Origin: an uncultured Methanosarcinales archaeon
GTDB taxonomy: Archaea; Nanobdellota; Nanobdellia; Woesearchaeales; B54-G15
Length of the DNA: 64,000 nt
Assembly (NCBI GenBank): GCA_964519225.1
Contig: CAZFJK010000002.1
Location: 1 to 64,000, forward strand
Direction: 5' to 3'
Within the stretch, counting starts at the first letter, position 1. Each line of letters begins with the position of its first letter. The notes under the pieces are model-generated. The model did not search any database, was not told the origin of the DNA, and worked only from the letters and a program-made list of their open reading frames with translations. Position numbers and translations under genes: made by a program. Below, piece by piece: positions 48,201-55,976 of the stretch.

Positions 48201-49706
48201 GGAGCCGCACTCAAATTTGGAACAAAATCTTTGTTTGAGAGCATACTCGAATTAGGCAGAGATTTAGAAGATGAATACGGAGAAACTGTTTTCAGCAATC
48301 TACTTACCGGCGGAAGCAGGGAGATATCAAGAAAGATCTGTCTTGCAGCTCTCGGCTTTGATGTTGGGTTTGATATGAGAAACTTATTAGATGTTGGTTA
48401 TACGACGCAGTTTAAAACTACTGCTGAAGTTTTTTCTGCAAGAAGGGATTTCCTTACTTATAATCCTGCTACTGGAATTCCGACTTATGAATATAGAGCA
48501 AGCTGGGTCATATTCCCAGGCTGCGATATTGAAAGCTATATTGTTGATCTGGTCTGCGTGAATATGGAGGAAAAAGCAAAATATAGAGGTATTGATTGCA
48601 GCGCTGTTAATGATCTGCAGCATGGAGAAGCTACAAAAGGATGTAATTGCTTGTATTCAACTGAGCCTTACAGTGGAAGAAGCAGAAGGTTTTACGTTAG
48701 CAGAGGACCGATTAAAGCTGGCAGTTTTGTTGAGGAAGCGGCTCATGCTGTAATAGAAGATTCAAAGAGGTATGATCATATAAGAATAAAGATTAATCTT
48801 AAGCCTGGATTTTCTCCTGATAAATGCTTTCCTGAAGGACATAAAGACGGTGTTTTCTTTTTCCCGATAGTAGATAAAACAGCAAGGGATTTGCTTGATT
48901 GTTTCGTTGATCAAAAGGGAATAATGAAATGCACGAGAGGCATTGAATGGGAACAGAAAGGCGATGCCTACTTTATGCCGTTCAGCAAAGAAGAATGCAA
49001 AAGCGAGAAGAAATGCTATTTCTTATGCAGGAAAGGTAGCGAATGGAAGGATTGCGATATTGTAAAATATAGCGTAGCAGAACCGATTAATGTTAAAGTA
49101 AGGGTTGCGCAGAAAAGAGATCAGTGTTTGTTTGCGAAATTTACAACGCATACCGGCAAGGAAAAGCTCGCTAAGTTTTACAAAATACAGACTCAGCTTA
49201 CTACAGACGAATACTTTACAAGAGATGCTGTTATAAATTTAGGCATAGCATCGGCTGCCGATTTTCCCAAGGTTGAATATGGATTTGAAAAGGTATGTAA
49301 AAATATGTCGCTCGAAAGAGAAGAGAATCTTGATAAGGATAAATATGAAGAGAAAGGAATCTTAACTTTAAGAAAAAGCAACAGTATGTTTAGAGTTAAT
49401 ATTTCGTCTGGCGAACTATTGCTGAATGGAAACCGAACAGATAAAAGAACATTTACTGAATCCGAATTTAAGAATGTTGTATGGCGTATTGGCGGTTTTG
49501 CATTTAAGCCAAAACTGAATTTAAATGCTTTCTCTGGAAAATGCAATGTTAGTGTTGTACGGACAAAAAAGGAATATCCGTTTAATTTAAAACTTGAACT
49601 TAGATATCCTGATTCAGATATGCAATGCGATGCTGATGCAAAAGAGGTTATTTATAGTCCTCTTGGATTGACCGAGTTGCAGCAGAGTATAGCAATTCAA
49701 CGTTAA
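45255..49706 (+). CDS. Giant (1483 aa) secreted Cys-rich protein with N-terminal bacterial Ig-like domains (B2)
   Basis: Signal peptide; Ig-like units (LEEGENTLLITAVDKAGN..DTKPP); dozens of Cys; ATGA overlap with the upstream gene. Confidence 0.78.
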   Translation: MNKRKKKLVCAWILVLIICMPFGFAQVKTQLTLELNVPAYVNERYIDVTGSTEQNAVVELWLNGKLARKTTFPDGNIIFYDVALEPNTANVIVVKSFALGLSAEKQVTVFCDLVKPALTLAELPLVTKEQKVTVSGNVSESADIEIFLGGNSVFKAENVQSFSKDVVLEEGENTLLITAVDKAGNKEEISHTVVKDTKPPKIEKLYPESGAFYYEGKAIDDVKGKTEPFASVKLYVIFTEDGKEKRELVAETKADVEGNFKFEDVNFQNPKRGISFSIWEFRVGVGGEAGIEEVAPGEETEEWYEQKVISARFVVVAEDAVKHRTEKQFTIGIGTCWSGAFKFDIDVLPEYVLPTLLSPERLAEGTERISFVMNVSYVGGKPKGDWQIVDVRIDHACGRSLAQLAKEYEDDPRYEIACEMLKRVPHPHKDSNRAKTLWYVEFKNMYSKEFEELVNLKWDELKKKLRFNQLIFPLRVTIAYREKEEKVVDGKLRKVFGPVKYQTKCISVAYFVDFPVDPRDVWPDWLINDGIKFANKTVSAINKIMPYVDKTVMSVGAACIGSMLGRFAVKVIRKAVCAWESWAGRVMQSKERQCPSAAKRMELDDTALKTQCPLCANWWNIESKLYVPYRLTCDRIFCHRAPAGWTAFPTPASEIAMAKASQLFCGLEEKLGITPLRKLKWDAVEEEVSLTLKNLTPIGGKGPEYVYEYKFAYYAPDPEKKNKLVRIAQRSDVITDAPETLTVEKIGDTYGTAIDRKCDEMCKDFFGKDFEGRCAEEKSCAEAGNYPIGYSRDCFPKQKSVCCCELPEKERAKKEAEKKKLCPANKLWNYRTQQLYRETKGKFGCKYPDDRYYRGRDIYACAGMDHLFDYLGLHPTKAPILDPKDHMVAVQCVCLTGIRARLVLLRNIMTGLMNCLEQVKTTGKANAGVCKELFAMYFCDLLYQVFVAFEKGCITLPFGVKARVLPGVGKVEYNVEGEFAELGAALKFGTKSLFESILELGRDLEDEYGETVFSNLLTGGSREISRKICLAALGFDVGFDMRNLLDVGYTTQFKTTAEVFSARRDFLTYNPATGIPTYEYRASWVIFPGCDIESYIVDLVCVNMEEKAKYRGIDCSAVNDLQHGEATKGCNCLYSTEPYSGRSRRFYVSRGPIKAGSFVEEAAHAVIEDSKRYDHIRIKINLKPGFSPDKCFPEGHKDGVFFFPIVDKTARDLLDCFVDQKGIMKCTRGIEWEQKGDAYFMPFSKEECKSEKKCYFLCRKGSEWKDCDIVKYSVAEPINVKVRVAQKRDQCLFAKFTTHTGKEKLAKFYKIQTQLTTDEYFTRDAVINLGIASAADFPKVEYGFEKVCKNMSLEREENLDKDKYEEKGILTLRKSNSMFRVNISSGELLLNGNRTDKRTFTESEFKNVVWRIGGFAFKPKLNLNAFSGKCNVSVVRTKKEYPFNLKLELRYPDSDMQCDADAKEVIYSPLGLTELQQSIAIQR

Positions 49707-49736
49707 ATCTCGAGATGAACATGTATTAATTTTAAG

Positions 49737-49955
49737 TTAAAAAAGACGAAGGTATTTCACAAATAGATATGATTGATAAGGATGGATTTCTTTTCGTTTT
49801 TCACCAGCTTTGGTGGTAAGTCCTGATTTTTCTTTCTTATCCTCTATTATATTCTCTAAATCTCCAATTAAAATACGCTGTGTTGGTCGTTGCAGAAACG
49901 GTAGACGTGGTTGATGATTTAGTTTTTTTGGATCAATTTTGTTGTAGATATTCAT
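49737..49955 (-). CDS. Small hypothetical protein
   Basis: SD-like GGGGTGGG before ATG 49955; 72 aa. Confidence 0.4.
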   Translation of the reverse strand: MNIYNKIDPKKLNHQPRLPFLQRPTQRILIGDLENIIEDKKEKSGLTTKAGEKRKEIHPYQSYLFVKYLRLF

Positions 49956-50033
49956 TCTTAAACCCACCCCTTTTTAACGTGGATGGTTTTTTTAAATAAA
50001 AAGGTTTCTGTAAATAGTGAAAAGTTTTAGGTA

Positions 50034-50849
50034 TTAATGTATTAATTCTTCTATCACTTTTACAGCGAGAGTTAATTGGCTTTCTGTTGGCTCTTTTGTT
50101 GTCAAACGTTGGATTAGTAGTCCAGGATAAATAAGAAGCTTTGTTATGAATGTTTCCTTTTTAGCATTTAGTTTTAGCAGTTCGTAGCTAATTCCTGCTA
50201 TTAACGGAATTAGAAAAATTCTGGAAAGGAGTTTTATTTGCCAATTTCCTTTGATTAATGAAAAAAGAAATATTGAAACAATAAGCACTATTCCGATAAA
50301 AGCAGTTCCGCAGCGTTTGTGAATGGTTGAACATTTCTGTGCTTTTTCTAAGCTGATGCTTGCATGTGCTTCATAACAGTTAACAACTTTATGCTCTGCT
50401 CCGTGATATTGAAACATCTCTTTTGCATCTTTTAATCGGCTTATGGCGGCAATGTATCCAATGAAGAAACCTATACGCAGTAAGCCGTCAACCAGATTGA
50501 AAAGGAATCCTTTGAAAAACAGCTTTGAAATAAGGAACGGAAGAAGAACAAACAATCCTATTGCTAACCCTATAGCAAAACCGATAGAAAGGAAAAGCTC
50601 TTCTGTTTTTAGTTTTTCTCCTTCTGATTGTTCTGCGCTCCAAATCATCGCTTTAATGCCAAGATGGAGCATAAGAATTAATTGGAAAAAACCTCTGATT
50701 ATAGGAATCTTAAACAGGTTTGATTTAGCATATTTCGGGAGAGCTTCTTTTTTGAGTTTAATACCTTTTTTAGCTTTAACTCCCATTACGCATTGCTCTT
50801 TATTTAGAAGCATAATGCCATTAATTATTGCTTGACCGCCTATATGCAT
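50034..50849 (-). CDS. DUF1385 membrane protein (putative metal-dependent enzyme)
   Basis: IGGQAIINGIM, FQYHGAEHKVV, HKRCGTAF, QRLTTKEP; true start MHIGG, the longer ORF start is spurious. Confidence 0.9.
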   Translation of the reverse strand: MHIGGQAIINGIMLLNKEQCVMGVKAKKGIKLKKEALPKYAKSNLFKIPIIRGFFQLILMLHLGIKAMIWSAEQSEGEKLKTEELFLSIGFAIGLAIGLFVLLPFLISKLFFKGFLFNLVDGLLRIGFFIGYIAAISRLKDAKEMFQYHGAEHKVVNCYEAHASISLEKAQKCSTIHKRCGTAFIGIVLIVSIFLFSLIKGNWQIKLLSRIFLIPLIAGISYELLKLNAKKETFITKLLIYPGLLIQRLTTKEPTESQLTLAVKVIEELIH

Positions 50850-50956
50850 TTTATGTATTTTTTCGAGTTGAAATATAATTCTTTCTATAGAAAAAAACAA
50901 AATAAAAAATAAAAGAAAAATAAAAAAACAATAAAAGAAAACAAGAAAAAAATAAT

Positions 50957-51112
50957 CTATTCTCTTCCTTGTCGCTTTTTCCAGCAGTCCCAGCAATAAA
51001 CTGGTCTGCCTTCTTGTGGCTTGAATGGTACTTCGCATTCTTTGCCACAATCTGCACAAACTGCTTTGTGCATTTCTCTTGGTCTAAAACGTTTGAAACT
51101 TCTTCTTTCCAT
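50957..51112 (-). CDS. CxxC-x17-CxxC zinc-ribbon small protein (51 aa; absent from the ORF track)
   Basis: Hand translation MERRSFKRFRPREMHKAVCADCGKECEVPFKPQEGRPVYCWDCWKKRQGRE; SD AGGTG. Confidence 0.93.
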   Translation of the reverse strand: MERRSFKRFRPREMHKAVCADCGKECEVPFKPQEGRPVYCWDCWKKRQGRE

Positions 51113-51271
51113 TTCTTTTACACCTTTCGATTAGACTAAGAAGAACTCGTAAATCGAATTCTTCTTGGACTCAATGTTGAGTGATATTCAAAGTATTTAA
51201 AGGTTTTGGGAATTAGTTTAATACGCTAAAAAAACGACATCTTTAAAAATTAAATAAGTTAAGATTTAAGT

Positions 51272-52315
51272 ATGTATGTTGGCATGCGGATAGGCAGACT
51301 AGAGATTGACAAGGACGGAAATATTTTGCATGCTGATTTTTCGCTTCCTGAAAGAGTAAAAAACATAAGAGAGATAGAAGGTTTAGAAGAGAGATTACAG
51401 GAATTAAAAAAAAGATATGGCGGGATAAAAGTAACGTCTGCAAAAAATGTATTTTTCGAAGGATATCAGCTTGATATAAGACTAAAATGGGAAGGTGAAC
51501 AATATAGAGGGGCTTTAGTTGAAGTTAGAAAACCATTATTTCCTGCGCTCGTAAGCAAAGAATTTACAGCAGAAGTTCCTGTTAATGGAAATGTTTTGGA
51601 GCTTATTCTTGATGGTGAGCTAAAGCAAAGACGAATTACGTTAAAGTTAATTAAAGATAATGCAGACATCCTTCCTCTTTTTGTTGCCTATGCCGAACAA
51701 AACGCATATGTGGATATTCATTTTGAACGCAGATTTAGGGATTTTTCTGAATCAACTCTAATCAAAGTTGCAAAACTGATAAGATATCTGCGTGAAAAGG
51801 GAAGAAAGTTCAGGATAACTCCGGACTATTTACTTCAGTATCTTTTTGTTAAACGTTTGCGATCATTAGCCAGAGAATCCTTGGTAACTTCTCCTGATCT
51901 TGAAGGAGAAGGCAGAACAAGAATCGCCATTTCAAGAGAGGATCTCTACACAAGAGCTTTTACGCTTGACGATGAAGTTTATATTGATCCTTCTATTGCA
52001 AGGGAAGCTGTAAATGAACTTAAGAATGAACTTCTAATGTTAGAGCAGTTATTGAAATTGAAAGGAAGCGAATACAGGAAAACAGCGAGAGGCATTTACA
52101 AAAGAATATCGTCTAAGTACAATGAGTTGTGTGCAAAGAAAAAAAAAGAATTACAGGCGGATGAAAAAGAAGTAAAGACCGAAAATAATGCAATTGAACT
52201 CTGGTGGGTATGTGGAGAAAATCATTTTTTTGTTATTAAAGAACCTGTAGATAGTATTGATAAACATCATAAAAAAGTTGAGATGAAAATTGTTTTCAAA
52301 AATAAAAAAGAATGA
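51272..52315 (+). CDS. Hypothetical protein
   Basis: 347-aa ORF with ATGA overlap to the alaX gene; no motif recognised. Confidence 0.7.
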   Translation: MYVGMRIGRLEIDKDGNILHADFSLPERVKNIREIEGLEERLQELKKRYGGIKVTSAKNVFFEGYQLDIRLKWEGEQYRGALVEVRKPLFPALVSKEFTAEVPVNGNVLELILDGELKQRRITLKLIKDNADILPLFVAYAEQNAYVDIHFERRFRDFSESTLIKVAKLIRYLREKGRKFRITPDYLLQYLFVKRLRSLARESLVTSPDLEGEGRTRIAISREDLYTRAFTLDDEVYIDPSIAREAVNELKNELLMLEQLLKLKGSEYRKTARGIYKRISSKYNELCAKKKKELQADEKEVKTENNAIELWWVCGENHFFVIKEPVDSIDKHHKKVEMKIVFKNKKE

Positions 52316-53022
52316 CAAAATTGCTTTATCTCGAGAATGCTTATTTAAAAGAATTCGAAGCTAAAATTACTGGAATCAATGCCGAACAAAAATTTGTTGT
52401 GCTAGATAAGACTATTTTTTACCCTGTCGGTGGAGGACAACCGTGCGATAAAGGAAAGCTGATCAAAGACGCAACAGCATTTTCTGTTGTGGACGTAAGG
52501 AAAAGTGGTAATGCAGTATTGCACTATTTGGATCGGGTGAATGGACTTTTGGTTGGGGATGAAGTGAAGGGAATAATCGACTGGAATAGACGCTATAAAT
52601 TTATGCGATTACATACTGCTTGTCATATTCTCTCTGCTGTTGTTCATAAAGAGACAGGAGCATTGATTACTGGGAATCAGATTAAAGAAGATGAAGCAAG
52701 AATTGATTTTAATTTGGAGAATTTTGATAGAGAACAAATAAAAAGTTTTGAAAAGAAGGCTAATGAAGTTATTGAAAAAGATCTGCCTGTTGAAATAAAA
52801 TTTCTGCCGCGGGAAGAAGCATTTAAGATTCCGGCTATAGTGAAATTAAAGAACGTTCTTCCGCCGAATATTGAAACGATAAGAATCGTTGATATAAAAG
52901 AAGTTGATCAGCAAGCTTGTGGAGGAACACATGTTAAGAAACTTGGAGAAATTGGTAAGATAAGGATAATAAGAGCAGAGAATAAAGGTAAAAATAATAG
53001 AAGAATTTATTTTATCATTTAA
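52312..53022 (+). CDS. alaXM: Alanyl-tRNA editing protein AlaX-M
   Basis: FYPVGGGQPCD, MRLHTACH (HxxxH), ACGGTH (CxxxH), KGKNNRRIY. Confidence 0.94.
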   Translation: MTKLLYLENAYLKEFEAKITGINAEQKFVVLDKTIFYPVGGGQPCDKGKLIKDATAFSVVDVRKSGNAVLHYLDRVNGLLVGDEVKGIIDWNRRYKFMRLHTACHILSAVVHKETGALITGNQIKEDEARIDFNLENFDREQIKSFEKKANEVIEKDLPVEIKFLPREEAFKIPAIVKLKNVLPPNIETIRIVDIKEVDQQACGGTHVKKLGEIGKIRIIRAENKGKNNRRIYFII

Positions 53023-53026
53023 GAAA

Positions 53027-53105
53027 TGATAAGAGGGGGCCGGTTAAGTGAGGGGTGGTCATAGAAGTAGTAGTTTGGGCCCCCTCTTTTGATCACCTCT
53101 TTTGT
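53027..53105 (-). ncRNA. Candidate small structured RNA (11-bp stem, loop containing ACCACCCCTCAC)
   Basis: AAGAGGGGGCC (53031-53041) pairs with GGCCCCCTCTT (53078-53088); minus-strand TTTATATA box near 53126-53133; loop 13-mer recurs at 61835-61847. Confidence 0.4.
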
Positions 53106-53182
53106 ATATCAGATTACAAAACTAATATATAAAATTTATTATTTTGTATACTAATATAGAAAGATAGACAAAAATAGTATTT

Positions 53183-55087
53183 TTATTGGTTTTTAAAAAA
53201 GGATTTGATTTCGTTTATTGGGTCGATTGAAACTTGAAGATTTAGTTCTGGAGGAAAACATTTTTTGTAATAAGGCGAGATATATCTTCTATCCAAGAAA
53301 ACAATGACTCCTTTATCTTTTTCTGTTCTTATGCACCTTCCAGCAGATTGCATGCATTTTGTAATTGCTGGAAAGATGTAAGCATAATCGATTCCCTTTG
53401 CCGGAAATTTTTTTTCATAGTATTGGATCAGTTCTTTTGTTACTGTGTCTGGTTTTTTGAGAGGTAAGCCGACTACGATGACGCAGCGCAGAAAATCTCC
53501 TGGCAAATCAATCCCTTGGCTGAATGAACCGTTTGCATTAGCAAATAAGACGGCGCCTTCCTCTTTGTGTTTTTTAAAGCTCTTTATAATCCTATTTCTT
53601 TGTTCTTTTTTCATCCCTTTTTCTTCTCGGAATATTGTTTTCTGTGAGTAAAGAGTAAAGAATTTTGCAATTGCATTCATTATAGAATAACTTGGAAAGA
53701 AAACAGCACAATTTCCTTTGACAGCATTTGTAATTTTTGTTATTTCTTTTGCTATCTTACGGAATTCTTCAGGGCAGCGCTTGTTGAATTTCGTTGTTGC
53801 CGTTGGCAGAATTAATGTAAGTTTGTTTTTTTCTGGAAATGGACTGGGATACTCTTTAAGCAAGGCGTTTTGAATACCGAGAATATCTTTATACATCTCT
53901 AATGGAGCAAATGTTCCAGAGATAAGAATCGAAGCATATGCATTATTTATTGGTTCTGAAGTGACGAAAGACGGGTCCAAGCAAACATAATTTATGCTTG
54001 GATTGTCATTGTTTTTGTTAATTCTGATAAATATGCAAAACCCTCTATCAGCGTTAAAGCATGTGGAAAGAAATCTTGCAATGGATTTTAAAAAACTCTT
54101 TTTCTTTACTAACCTTATTTCTTCTCCAGCTAATTCAAATCGTGATATCATTAACTCAATCTCTTCTTCTGAATCCGAGAATAATTCAAGGAGTCTTTCT
54201 TTACTGATTTTGTATTCTATTTGGTCTTCTAAAATATTAAGTTTGTACGGTTCATTGATTGTTTTTGATTTTATCGAATGAACGAGATGGATAAACTTTT
54301 TTTCAATTTTTTTGATCCTATTAGCGATTTCAACAAAGTCGAATGCCCGCGCTTCTTTACAGGCTTTTTTCAATTGATTTAATGTAATCTTTGCAGAAAG
54401 GAGTTCTCTTGCTCTATCTGGTAGGTTGTGGGATTCATCGAAGATGAGTATTGCCTTTTCTATTTCTTTTTTTGTTTTTGCTAAGAAAGTCTTTGATATG
54501 AACGGATTTAAGATGTATGCATAATCACATATTATCACTTTTGATCTTTCTGCTAAGAGAAGAGCTATTTCGTAAGGACAAAGATGCTGCTCCTTTGCCT
54601 TGTGAACTAGTTCATTTACTGTTAAGGGAGTTTCTATTTCTTCCAAAAATCGTTTTGCCTCGATTGTTGGGCTTCCATTTTTTTTACGTGTTAAAGTATA
54701 GAATACGCATTCATTCTTTTCTCTTAGCTCTCTGCAATAATCGTAGAAGTCGTTTATGGGCAAGTCATCGCTTATTTGGGGACATAGTTCTTTTTTACTG
54801 GCTAGACTAATGCAGTTTAAATTTATTTTGTGTTTTCTTTTAATGGCTTTAACCGTTTCTAGAGCGATTAAATGCTGCGTGTAGCGCGAGGTTAAAAAGA
54901 ATACAGTTAGATTGTTTTCGAGTGCAAAGGTTAATGCAGGAGAAAGTACGGCTGCTGTTTTTCCGAGCCCTGTAGGTGCGTGAACAAGTAGATTTCTTTT
55001 TTCAGAGATTGCTCGGGTTACATCGAAAACGAGGTCTTTTTGATACCTTCTTGGTTTTTCGAATGGGAAAAGAAGATTTGTTGTCAT
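53183..55087 (-). CDS. xpd: XPD/Rad3-family Fe-S DNA helicase
   Basis: APTGLGKT, four Fe-S Cys (LCP, YC, EC, CPYE), DESHN, ISGT, QGIDLPG, QSAGRCIR. Confidence 0.93.
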   Translation of the reverse strand: MTTNLLFPFEKPRRYQKDLVFDVTRAISEKRNLLVHAPTGLGKTAAVLSPALTFALENNLTVFFLTSRYTQHLIALETVKAIKRKHKINLNCISLASKKELCPQISDDLPINDFYDYCRELREKNECVFYTLTRKKNGSPTIEAKRFLEEIETPLTVNELVHKAKEQHLCPYEIALLLAERSKVIICDYAYILNPFISKTFLAKTKKEIEKAILIFDESHNLPDRARELLSAKITLNQLKKACKEARAFDFVEIANRIKKIEKKFIHLVHSIKSKTINEPYKLNILEDQIEYKISKERLLELFSDSEEEIELMISRFELAGEEIRLVKKKSFLKSIARFLSTCFNADRGFCIFIRINKNNDNPSINYVCLDPSFVTSEPINNAYASILISGTFAPLEMYKDILGIQNALLKEYPSPFPEKNKLTLILPTATTKFNKRCPEEFRKIAKEITKITNAVKGNCAVFFPSYSIMNAIAKFFTLYSQKTIFREEKGMKKEQRNRIIKSFKKHKEEGAVLFANANGSFSQGIDLPGDFLRCVIVVGLPLKKPDTVTKELIQYYEKKFPAKGIDYAYIFPAITKCMQSAGRCIRTEKDKGVIVFLDRRYISPYYKKCFPPELNLQVSIDPINEIKSFFKNQ

Positions 55088-55301
55088 TTGCTTCAGTTTT
55101 CTTGTTTTGATTTTGTTTTTTGTTAAAAATTTTCCTTTTAAGAATTTTACTTATTGCTGTTTAGTGTCTCGTGGTTTTAGATTCTATCTTTTTTTCATTT
55201 TTCATTTATTATTTAAACTAATTTATATAGAAAAAAATATAAACCTTTATAAATACCTTTTAATATCCATATTTGAAAATATTCCTTGGGGGTGTGGTTG
55301 A

Positions 55302-55577
55302 ATGGCTAAAGAAAAGGAGAAAATATTCAATATCTTTTTTCGTGAAAAACCAGCGATGATGTTGGTGAAGTTGCGACAGGCAAAGAGCGTTGTTTACGCA
55401 TCTTCGCTTGCAAAACAAGTTGATTGCACTTATTCTCATGTCGTTAAAATCTTACAAGAAATGGAAAAAGCCAATTTAATAAATTTTGAAAAAAAAGGCC
55501 GGTTGAAGTTATTAGCTTTAACCAAAAAAGGAAATGAAATGGCAGAACATATCGAAAGAATAAGAAATTTACTCTGA
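55302..55577 (+). CDS. Small winged-helix transcriptional regulator
   Basis: YASSLAKQVDCTYSHVVKILQEME...KKGR...LTKKG; SD GGGGTG. Confidence 0.85.
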   Translation: MAKEKEKIFNIFFREKPAMMLVKLRQAKSVVYASSLAKQVDCTYSHVVKILQEMEKANLINFEKKGRLKLLALTKKGNEMAEHIERIRNLL

Positions 55578-55593
55578 TTTCTTTTTGTTCACT

Positions 55594-55857
55594 TTAATTG
55601 TTTTTCTCTACTTTGCATTCTTCTTTTTCTATGTGAATGCATTTAGAAGCAAGACAATCCTCTGGATAAAGGCAGATATCTTCTGTGCAAGGATCGTTAT
55701 CATCGCAAGATTCGTTTGATATGCATTCGCAATTCTTAGAAGACATTGCTCCAGTTAGATCGCCTCCGAATTTTGTAGTAAAATAGGCTGTGACTGCCAT
55801 AAGACAGACTAATGCCGAGATTATTGCAATAGTCATTATCTTTGTTTTTCGTGACAT
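55594..55857 (-). CDS. Small membrane-anchored Cys-rich protein (CDDNDPCTEDIC repeat unit)
   Basis: N-terminal TM, LTGA, eight Cys. Confidence 0.7.
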   Translation of the reverse strand: MSRKTKIMTIAIISALVCLMAVTAYFTTKFGGDLTGAMSSKNCECISNESCDDNDPCTEDICLYPEDCLASKCIHIEKEECKVEKNN

Positions 55858-55976
55858 TGATACTGCGATGTAAAATGAATATAAAAACTTTTACTTTTGA
55901 TCATTGAAATTATTTTAGAAAAGATTTAAGTTAATGCTCTTTGTTGTTAGTATTATACAGATTTTGGTTTTTGTTT

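Noticed and set aside
45777..49546. Many short minus-strand ORFs within the 1483-aa gene, and similar ones within lig, cooS, hppA and xpd
   Set aside because: Antisense shadow ORFs without recognisable motifs, fully nested in well-supported genes.
35845..49706. Diversity-generating retroelement acting on the surface proteins
   Set aside because: No reverse transcriptase in the window and no TR/VR pair differing only at adenines was noticed; a systematic repeat search would be needed to exclude a remote target.
50850..51059. Hydrophobic N-terminal extension of DUF1385
   Set aside because: It is the translation of a T-rich intergenic tract plus another frame of the real zinc-ribbon gene.
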